Positions 13,504 to 24,354 of a stretch of 64,000 nucleotides of DNA are shown here, one piece after another. Both the position numbers and the translations under genes were made by a program. This DNA comes from Kudoa neothunni (lineage: Eukaryota; Animalia; Cnidaria), in assembly GCA_964304625.1 (NCBI GenBank), contig OZ199838.1, positions 3,856,705-3,920,704 of the forward strand, given 5' to 3'. Under the pieces are notes generated by a model. It was given only the letters and a program-made list of their open reading frames with translations, was not told the origin of the DNA and searched no databases. The number at the start of each line of letters is the position of its first letter. The stretch's first letter is position 1.

Positions 13504-14257
13504 CAGGGGTTCTCAGCTGGGAGTAAATTGAGCCATAATCAAAGTTGGATATGGGAACTTTTAGTATAGTGCAGTTTTTACGGCCGAGGACAGATAGCCT
13601 TTTGGTGTAGTAACTAGACTCAATATCCGATGGTACTGGGTCGATTCCCGCGACTGATCAATCTACTCTTTCCTAAGAGTGTGTCTCTAGCCCGTAATTG
13701 GAGCTGTTGTTAGAGTGCAATGGCACTATAAGTGTAATTTCAACTGCAGTTAAAATTCAATCTAACAGAGGAGGTTGAATTAAACGTTTGAGTCGTCGGG
13801 GAGGCATTAACAGGCTTGAGATCTCTGTGGAGCCAAAGTCCTTATGGATATGGTTTGGGGTGGTAGTTGCCCCAAACGAGGATGTTTAGGGAATTAAACT
13901 CTCACGCTACCACAGAAACATAATGGATGAGGGGTAGATGTTAATCGTGCTGCGGTTCCTACAGCGTTCATGAGGACGGTCCAACCAGCCTTAACTCCAA
14001 AACCTGATAAGTAGCGCCAGGGGTTTTACCTTGTAAACAAAAAAGTGCGATTTTTACATACATATGGTTATTTAAGATATTATATTTTTCAGCTTTATTA
14101 GACTCATAAAAATGCGGATGCTCCACAATGTATTGATTAACCAAAGCAGTACTAAACGCTTAAGTCAATATGAATTTAGCATTCAACTGAAGGCGATAAA
14201 TTTATATTTGTCATCTGACTGGTGGGATAAATTTTAAAAAATGGATGGGAACCCTTG
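13504..14257. mobile_element. hAT-type MITE interrupted by a SINE
   Basis: TIR CAGGGGTTCTCA / TGGGAACCCTTG; left flank ATCTAGAT fits the nTCTAGAn hAT target. The right TSD does not match. Confidence 0.5.
13582..14043 (+). mobile_element. tRNA-derived SINE (copy 1)
   Basis: Head GCCGAGGACAGATAGCCTTTTGGT...GGGTCGATTCCC (A/B-box-like); tail CCAGGGGTTTTACCTTGTAAACAAAAAA; 14-bp TSD AGTGCAGTTTTTAC / AGTGCGATTTTTAC. Confidence 0.82.
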
Positions 14258-14618
14258 CTTTCCGTGAATGTTTATTTGTTTAACTCAACTTTCTGTTTAA
14301 AATAATTTCATTTTCATAAAAATATTATCATTAGATGTTATATTTTTGAAATTATTAAATCTAATAAATAGTAATTAAAATATATTAATGGTCATTTTAA
14401 TCATTCATCTTAGTTAATTTTAGCAAAAAATATATTTCTGAATTAAAATAAAACCCATAGGAATCATACTCATAGTTCTAAACCATTTTATTCTGGATAT
14501 TGTTTAGTTACGAACAGCTTATTCTTCGCTTTAGGGGTGTTAAATATGGGTGCGACTATTAATATTAGTTAGTGGATTCAATTGAATACGTTTCCTGAAT
14601 GTAAAAACTCGCATCCCT

Positions 14619-16057
14619 ATGATTTTATCTCAACTTTATAAAAATCATTTTTTACGATCAAATATTTTAAGCCTAGTTGGTGGCGTGTCTGTGCCTACCT
14701 ATAAGAGATACTTTCATTATCATCGAAGAATTCAGCCAAAAACACAGAGTTTTTAGCTTTTATGTTCAATCCACCATTTTACTATATTTTAGAATCAATT
14801 CCAACAAAGGAAATTAATATGATGCAGGCAATAAACCACACTTTAGACGATTGTATGGAACGAGACGAAAACACAAGTATTTTAATTGTGATACATAAAA
14901 CCAAATTCCACATTAGTTATTTTTGGAGAGGACGTTGGTTTTGGTGGTGTTTTTAGATGTACTGTAGACTTGCAATCTCGTTATGGTATTCTGACTTTAG
15001 TTGGAATACAGCTGTATTATATGGAACTTTTATATTTTCGATAGGCCGTGGTAGAGTTTTTAATACGCCAATATCAGAACAGGCAATAGTGGGATTCGGT
15101 ATCGGTGTTGCAGCGGCTGGTATAACTGCAATAGCAGAGATCCAGTTTGCGGATTACATTTTTCCCGCATTTGATCAAGTAATTAGTTAATCTTAAGATA
15201 ATACTAACAATATAATTTTCAGCTGGTGAATGAGTCAGCAAAATTAAGATATCGTTCAGGGAACACATACAATTGCGGCAAAATGGTGGTTAGAGCCCCA
15301 TGTGGAGCAATAGGTCATGGAGGTCATTACCATTCCCAATCCGTGGAACAACACTTTATGTCAGTGCCTGGGTTAAAGGTACTACCACTTTTAGGAGTCA
15401 AATATTATTTTGTATTGATCATAGATAGTTATACCAAGAGGACCATACGAGGCCAAGGGTCTTTTGAATCAATGTGTTAAAGATAATAATCCAGTTTTAT
15501 TTTTCGAGCCGAAAATTCTTTATAGACATGCAACTGATAGTGTTCCAGATGATTATTATTGTATACCACTTGAGAAAGCTGAAGTGGTGAAAGGAGGAGA
15601 GAATGTAACTATTGTTTGTTGGGGAGCAACAGTCCACCGAGTATTATCTGCGGTAGAAACCATTGAAAAAGAAACTGACCTTACTTGTGAAGTGATAGAT
15701 ATCCAAACAATTCTTCCTTGGGATGAGGAAACTATTATAAAGGTAGATTGATTAGATCTGAACATAAATCTTATATTCATGTAGTCAGTTAAGAAAACAC
15801 ACCGACTAGCTATTGTACATGAAGGTTCGTTGACGGGTGGATGTGGAGCAGAAATCGCTGCAACCATTCAAGTCACTTACTTTTTACGTTATTAATATAA
15901 CGGAGAAATTTAGGAGGAAGCATTTGTTTATTTAGAAGCCCCTATTCGCAGAATTTGTGGAATCGATATTCCTATTCCTCTTATAACCGAATGTTTCGCT
16001 GTTCCACAAATTCCCAGAATTATCGAAGAGATTAAACGTCTTATAGATTACGAATAA
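14619..16057 (+). CDS. BCKDHB: Branched-chain alpha-keto acid dehydrogenase E1 beta subunit, mitochondrial (8 exons)
   Basis: Seven GT-AG introns (14749-14792, 14877-14916, 14986-15044, 15179-15222, 15379-15424, 15743-15784, 15872-15913) give an intact ORF with [51 protein letters not shown] and FFEPKILYR. The basic N-terminus resembles a mitochondrial presequence. Confidence 0.96.
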
Positions 16058-16305
16058 TTTTTATTATCTTTCGCGAACATTACTAAAGAAATACTATTTG
16101 CGATAAAATATTTGGCGTGTCATGGTGATTTTGAGGTTACCAAATCTTTGGTGTGTTATATGAAAAATTGTTTACTTCATAGAGCAGATAACGACTTGTG
16201 GATTCCTCAATTATTGTTTTTAGTTTGAAATTAGGTATTCTTATTGATTTACTTAATCAGATTTCAATATTTTTTTGTATATTTAATGGTGTACATAATC
16301 TTTAA

Positions 16306-17636
16306 CCTTCCGAGCGCCTTAGGGGACCATTGGATCCCAATGGATGTTTGAATCAATTTTAGAGAATCTTATATTAAATCAGTGAATTTAAGATCAAATC
16401 TATTCTCCTACAAATATGAGTTCTATTAAAATATCACCGAATATTTTAATTTGTACATTCAGGCCACGAAATAATCAAAATACTTACACATTCCTTCTTT
16501 TTGGCCCAATGTACCCCACGTTTTTTTTCTACAAAACGGCGAAGAAAAATAATTTTCAATAATTTTGAAGATGAAATAAAATTTTATCGACTGGAAGCAG
16601 AGATAATTTGAGAAAACTATGCTTACGTCAAATACCGATCATTACCGACGAGTGAAATGCTGTAATAAATGATTCTTTGTGTAATGTTTTGAATGAAATA
16701 CAATCCGATATAAAAGACTTTTATGATATATTTGGATATTTTTATTATTAACGTCATTCTAATGTTACCGAAGTTAATAAATGCTTTCGAAATATGTACT
16801 AAGGTAAGGATGGTGTTAATTGGGTTTCTGAGAAACTTCAAATAATTTAATGATCCAAACGAAATATTTTTCTAAATCTGAAGGTTCACATTCCTACGCT
16901 TCAAACAGAATAAACTCTTTAGCTGATGCATTCCTCATGTTTGATGATGAGTATTTTTCCCAACTGTTATTTCAAATATTAACAAGTTAGAGAATTATAA
17001 TTGTCAGCATTATTTGAAGATATGGCAAACCAACGGTTATTAGCTTATACTGGAATCCTTGTCTATATGTTAGTTCTCAAATTTAAATTGTAATCACTCG
17101 AATTTCTTTGTCACGAGTGATGCTGTATTGTTCAAGATCTCGAGAGAGGAAAGCGAGGAATTTTTTTTGTTTTTAGAACCAACTGTAACAAAAGAAATTC
17201 AAAGTTGTTTAAGTGATATGTTATAACATTAAAAACTTAAGTAATATAAATAGATCGCATTTTATCTATTTTGAAACAATATGTATTGCGGGTTTTATTC
17301 AGCTTGATTATAAAGAAATTAATTGTAAAGATAACAATTAATAAGACTTCGTTAATGCGAAATAATATATATTTGTATTAAAATCCATCAAATTAAAAAA
17401 AAGTTAAACTTGTTAAATTAGATGCATAATTTAACTTTTTAAATGTTTCGGCGCTGATCGTTAACAACCGGTGGTGTTGTAGTTGTGACATTTTTAAATA
17501 ATTTATGTATAGATTTCTCTCATACTTTAGTAAATTACTTATTACATTTTTCCCTGTAATTGAAGTTAAAAAAAGTGGGGTCTATTGGATCCTAAACGAA
17601 TGAATGTGTAAAGTCGATTTTCAGGCGCTGAGAAGG
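16306..17636. mobile_element. Non-autonomous piggyBac-type element
   Basis: TTAA at 16302-16305 and 17637-17640; TIR CCTTCCGAGCGCCT / AGGCGCTGAGAAGG (12/14); subterminal GGGGnCnATTGGATCC at both ends. Confidence 0.8.
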
Positions 17637-18797
17637 TTAAATAATCATTGAAGAGACTAAGAATTGTTTCTGCAAAGTTTACATGCCGTTTATTTACTAG
17701 TTAATTAAATTTCATCTATATTAAAAGAGTTAAGATCATCCAGGCGTCTTTAAATGCTTTTCCAAACGTAGCTTTCCATAATTTATGGTGATAATTACAA
17801 CCATTTATAGAAAAAAAAATGATAAAGCCACGACTGATCATTGATCAAATTATTAGATCCTTTGACGAGAAAAATCTAAAACGTTAATTCTACCTTTAAT
17901 GTAAGATATAATTTATATAACTTACATTATCCGACCTAAATATGATAAAAACTTAAAAAATGAGGGATATTAAAAGTAAGTCAGCTCGGAAAGAATATAA
18001 TTTACGTAATTGTAATATTTTAATTCATATTAAAACATAAAAACTGTATTACATTAAAATTCACATAGGATTTCAACCTTATATCATGTAATACCTAAGG
18101 GAATAACCCTGCATTAATTCCAGTCCAAAGCGATATCATTTGATGATGGTCAGATTGGGGTGATTTAAACACCATTTGAATAAGAATGGAGTGACTGATT
18201 CTAACAGTGAAACCAACTATGATTCATCATATGGGTATTGGAATTAAGTATTCAACTAAGATTATTATTTTATTAAGCTGAATAATGAATAAATCATTAT
18301 CACATAAACAAGCGCTAAGGCAAAGCAACCAACATTAGGGCATCTCATAGGAATAAATTTTCAGGAAAACATGACAACCGGATATATTTGTTTATCTCAA
18401 AGGAAATATTAAACCAATCTTAAATTTTAATATAAAGGTAGAACCACAACCAAAATTAAATGAATTAATTTAGGGTGGTGTGTGTGTTTCGAATGGGAAT
18501 TCATATTTAGGTATGTTCTTTGCGAAAATATTGATTCATTTTTAACAATTTAATCTAATATAAACATTATAAATGTAGAAGGGGCTAAGTTATTTGCAAT
18601 AGCAAGAAATCAACCACACAAGCATTTATTTTCACACTGGAGTAAATCGTCATCCTACAAAAAGAATGAAATTCAACTGCAATAAACGGCAAATCAAGAA
18701 ACATGTATTTGACCTAAATTTTTCTTTTATAGAGTGTATTTTTTTAAAAAATCTTAAATATTTCCTCAAACAAAATAATCAAATAAAATTGGATTAG

Positions 18798-20069
18798 ATC
18801 TATAATTTTTTGGTTGGAAGGAATGCGACGTTTACTGTGATTGTATCATTTCTCCTACAAATTATATCCTTGACTACATTGTAACATTAGACATTGGGTG
18901 TGTGATTTTTAATGATGTTATTTCAGATATGTTGAAGGGACTAAAAATTGGGATCAGGATTACTATCCACCTTACATCAGGTAAGAGATAATGTGGTTAT
19001 GGAGTGTTTTTAAATGTAGATATTTCATACGGATTAGTGAATTAGCTTCCAAAGTTGAAATAGCCCCTTACTTTATCTCGCTAATGTTTCTAGCGAACAT
19101 TGGTGGTTTCATTATTGTCAAATATCGTTATAACCAAATGGCATATTTTGAACTGAATGATCGAGTGAATACATTTACCTTGATGGTTGGTCAGGTTCTT
19201 CTTATCACCAACATAGCGTTGTTTCTCTTTCCATACCATCAAAAAACCCGTTACCACTATTTTTTCACATGGACATTTTTCATATGTGCCAATATATATT
19301 CACTTATGAATATTTACTTCTTGAGTAAGTTGAGAAACGAACTGAAACACTTTGTCAGTGTTGGAACAAATTTTGATGTATCACGAGTTTCCTCTATCAG
19401 AAGATCCATCAGACATCCAATAATACAACCCAATGTGTCCACTGCCTTCAATGAAGAATCGCTTGATCTACTACCAATGATAGGATTTAAATATCTTTCC
19501 GAAAGTAGAAACATATCCATGGAGGGCTACTCGTTTAATGACACAGATTGTGATTGCCCAATGCTGGAGAAGCTATCGATTGTGTCAAATATTAGGGGAG
19601 ATATCAATAGAAATTCCCCTCAAAACAACTACGACTACGATAAATTCACTAACCTTTACAAAAGTAGAGACAAAAATACAATCGCTAAATTTCTACTTAA
19701 AAAAATTAATATTCTTCTAATTGTGAGAATTGTGTTGATGTGGTTTATTACCACTGTCAGTCTTGCACAGTTAACAAGTATTGCCACCTCATTCAAATTA
19801 TTATACTTATTGAATTTTTACCAAGCAAACATAATCCCAAGTTATATTAAATATTTCAACAACAAACTTAATAAATACCAAATTGACGTATGATAATTTT
19901 TATAATTATTACTATGTGGAAAAATCTCTTTTAGAGTATAAATTATTATTACAGCATCTCTGGAGCTTTTGAGTGGATTCATTGCTTGGCCTTTGCATTA
20001 AATGTTGGCTTATTTGCATTCGAATTCAACATGAAACTACCCAAAAAACAGTATTTTTATGTTAAATAA
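18798..20069 (+). CDS. Frag1/DRAM/TMEM150-family membrane protein (paralog 1; first exon unresolved)
   Basis: Spliced product contains YPPYISELA, KYRYNQ, YHYFFTWTFF and SISGAFEWIHCLAFALNVGLFAFEF, which follow the Frag1/DRAM/Sfk1 pattern (PYIS, RY, H, EW, EF), with about six hydrophobic helices. Confidence 0.75.
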
Positions 20070-20307
20070 ACCACATTTTATTAAAGTTGTGATATCGCAT
20101 TAATACATTAGATGTATATTAAATCCAGACATAGTTTTCTATTATTTTAGAAAATATTTATATAGTTGAAAATTGAATATCAAAACTAAATATTATGGTG
20201 GTTGTAATCGATCAGACTCTAGAGGTGTCTAAATAAATTGATCTAGTTATGAAAAAACACAAATCAATTATCTTATAGAAGACTCAGCCATAATCAAAAT
20301 AACTAAA

Positions 20308-21392
20308 ATGGTACAAAACTTTTAATTATATCCTAAGAATAACTTAATTTTAGTTCAAATCTATTATTGAGGGAAATAATGGAGCTTTCCATGCCATGAA
20401 TTCTGCTTGTTTGCGATTTGTATCACTCTGTATAATGTAATTATGTTTTTTCCGTAATTATTATTTATCCATTAATAATTAGTACAGTGATAAAAAAATC
20501 ATATTCACAAACTAATTACGTCACTTATTCAATAAGTGAAATGGCCTCCGATGTTGACACTTCCTGCTGGTACATAAGTTGTATATATTTTTCTCTCATC
20601 TCATGTAAGCTAACTAACTATTATCATTATTGTTGTAATATGAAATTTTCAATATAAGTTAAACTTTACGTTATAATGTCGAATATATCGAAATTTATCA
20701 TTGTTTATGGGGTTTTTTGTCATTCTTCTTCAACTGAATAAAATTTAGCCCTTTGTTTCATGAATTTCAATATGCAGTTCATCAACAAACACTACTGCAC
20801 CACCTGGGCAGATGTAATTATATTTTGGTGTGGAATATGCTCGGTCACCACCACTATGGCAATGTACTTATTTTCAGTAAGATTTGGTCGTTCAATTGCC
20901 CTCTTATTTCGTATCTATTTTTAGAATGTCACACATCCTTATATGAATATATTTATTTCGTTTCCTTACTACGTTGTGGTTCCTTTCTACTTTGGAGGAG
21001 ACCTTTGGTTAAAATATAAAATTCGTCGACGTATACCATTTCAGAGAATTATTTTCATTGTTCATGGTTTGGTTTCTGGTATACTATTATTGTCAGGAAT
21101 TTCATTCATTATCTGTAAGTGGAAATTTTGTTAATGATTGTCTAAAAGTGGGACATTTTTAGTTTATAGCATTTTAAAGTGGAACTACATTATCAATTTT
21201 AGTGAACAGCTGAATCATGTAACACAATCTTATCTCTGCCAACATTTATTGAATCAATTTTAGAAATTAGAAGTCGTAAAATATGCCGCGATCTACTCAG
21301 AATGGATTTTCTCAGCAAGCCTCATTGTTGGATTGTTGAATTATTCTCTGCAATTCTATTCATTCCAAAATAACAAAAAAACTTATCACTAA
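20308..21392 (+). CDS. Frag1/DRAM/TMEM150-family membrane protein (paralog 2)
   Basis: ATG-only first exon, then FKSIIEGNNGAF..., YSISEMASDVDTSCWYIS, ...AAIYSEWIFSASLIVGLLNYSLQF...TYH*. It aligns with paralog 1, and GT-AG introns splice in frame. Confidence 0.7.
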
Positions 21393-22879
21393 GCTATTGA
21401 TATTTTCGACCCATTTTTATTCTTTTTTGTATTTAAATTTATTATTTCTGCATATTTTTCTATATGATTTATTTCTTTAATTGCATAAAACGTTATATTT
21501 TTTTATTTCTGATGGAATAAAGCGTACTCATTTATTTTGTAAAAATATATTTGGCAGAATTCATCGTAAATAGTTGAACTCTCTGATTAAAAGTGATAAA
21601 ATGGATCAATCGTGGAAGTCTCGCTATGAAAATTTATTTTCTTTGAAACAAAATTGTATTAAATCAAGCTATTACAGTTGGTTAAGTCTGAAGATATAAT
21701 TTATTTTTCTATTATTTAATATTTTTTAAATTGGCGCGAATTTCCGAACTTTACCCTAAGAAAATATTGCATCGAGAAGTTTCTTAAAAATAAATTTATC
21801 ATTTAAATTAACTTACTGAACGAGTTAAATTACAATTGTCAGGTACCATACTTTAAAAAATTTGGATTTTGAAACGAAAATCATGATTATTTCTATGCTT
21901 AAAAATAGTTAAATAATAACTTTTCTTAAATTAATATTATAATTTATGCAGACTATAAATATAACAATACGTAAAACAAAGAAATTTACATGTTAACGGT
22001 TTCTTATTAGTACGCATGCGTTAATAATGTACAATAAGTAGTATTTGTAGTTTTTGCTGATTGTTCAATAAAATATATATTCCTTTAATAATGAAAAAGA
22101 AAGGAAAAATTGAGTTTTAGTTTAGAAATTTTTTTTAGACAAATTAACATTTATAAAATGTTTTCTTGTAATGTAAATAATTCGGTTTCATCAATAATTT
22201 TCATAATCCCTTGTATATATTAATGTTGCAGAATAATTATTATTTATTTAAGCTATCTAAGCATAACAATTTCTTTTGCGGAAATCACTAATTGAATTAC
22301 AAATGTCATTATAAAAATAAATATTATAATCATTAATTTTTGTATCCTGAAAAAGTGGAAATTTCATAATGAAACAGGTTTGCAAAAGTTGGAACGTTTT
22401 CGCCCTAAATAAAGTTATTAGTACCGTTGGTACTTCTTCGACGCAAGATATTCCGTTTTAAGGTCAATGGTTTTCGAGATAGAATTATTATAAGTGCATG
22501 AAACATAATGAGTTAAAGCGTTAAAAGACATGGCGCAAAGTACCCACTCATATCATTCAAATAGCTCAAAACATCAAAATAAATATAACGGATTAAAATA
22601 AATATTCAGCATCGAGCATCAGATCATATTTTATCTCTGGTGCATAAGGTGGCTGTCTCTTGAGCAAGTTATTCAGAGATTATTGGGAGACTGGACAGTT
22701 CTCACAACGTTTCTCAAAGTTGGATCATAAGAAAACAGAGCTAAACCAGCACCTAAAATATTTGTAACCCTATTTAAACCCGTAAATAAAATGTACTGTG
22801 CCTTTTATAATTTAGAAAAACCGTAGTCATGAAACTCAACGTCGAATTACAAGATGAGAGTTAAGAGTTCATTAATTAA

Positions 22880-23836
22880 TTCCTTTTAACATATTATTAA
22901 GTGAAGATTAATGATTTTTGAAGAGTCTGATCAAAAAATATCATCTTCTGGGACTTAATTTTAAATATTTCTCAAATTATATTCTTCCGGATAAGTTTTA
23001 TTATAATTCGAAGGTAGAATCAATTTAGAATGAAAATATTACTGTAATAGGTACTCAAGATCATGTTTACTTTCTTACCAAAACTCTGGTTTTCCATTTA
23101 TTAATGACAAAACAGATATTTCAAGAGTTCTTAAACATCGAAAAATTTATGCATTTACAACCATTTGAAGCAATGCTTTTTACAAATGCCAATGAAGGAA
23201 AACCCCATTCCATTATATCCTTCTCAAAGAGATTTACAAATATTATTGCTGAAGAAGAGTATTTAAATTTGGAGAGGGAATAGATAGAACTTAGCCTGTA
23301 AAATAGCGGACATAACGTTGAAAAGACCCCAAGAAATATTGGTATGCGGTAACAAATAAAAGAAGAGAAATAATTACGTATCGATTACTGTCAAAATAAA
23401 TGCTATATTTACTTTCTTTGCCTCATTCATCTGGTTCTGCTGACAAATTATTTTCATTCGAGAAAAAAAGTTAACAAATAGATTTATGTTGGAAGATGAA
23501 ACAATTGATGCTTTACTGTATATTAAATGTTTACTGAGAGACGTCAGTCGTACGAGATGGAATCCATCTGACCAATTAACTAAAATGATGGATAATGTAT
23601 ACCTATGTGATGAGGAAGACAGTGAAAATGAATTAATATTTTGATATATAAATAGGTCCAATCAATTATTTTTTCTGTTTCGATTAGTTTAATGTTGATA
23701 GAATTATATATTTTGTATTTTTTTAAATATATTACTTATTTTAAACTTTTAGTATGATTTTAAATTGTTTGGTATTATTTGCCACGTTTCTATTACATTA
23801 TTTGGTACGATTTACAAAAATCGTCTAGCAACCCTG
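22880..23836 (+). pseudogene. hAT transposase C-terminal remnant with right TIR
   Basis: YLLSLPHSSGSADKLFS...NRFMLEDETIDALLYIK (hAT dimerisation motif) at about 23405-23527; terminal GCAACCCTG at about 23828-23836. Confidence 0.65.
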
Positions 23837-24354
23837 CAATGGATTCAAAATATAACATTTATGCTCTAAAACAATTAATAAATATTAGTTGCAAAAATAC
23901 TTAAATGATTAAGAATGGATAGAAATTATAATTAAATTTATTTTATTTCCAATGATGTAATCCATTAAAATTTTAAGTAAACGCAGGATTTTGAAGATTA
24001 ATATTAGCGAAATTCCGGGTTTTATAAATAAGTTCGTGACTTTTAAAATTTTAACATAGCCTAATAAAATTTCAGAATAGAATCGAAATATTTAACCCAA
24101 CACTATTGAATATTACTAAATACAATGAAATTTAGAACAATCTAAATTGAAAGGATTGCAGAAAATCCATCTTTGTATAAAAATATGTCTATATATGATT
24201 GACCGAAATAATCGTTAAATTTAAGGAATTTAAAAAGTTCAAGGGAAACTAGAAAGAAGAATAAAAAAGGCTAGCCAGTGGAATGGTAAATTAGACATAA
24301 ATTAGTTCAAATAATAAAATACAAAATAAATAATGGGGAAAAAGTTAATATGAT

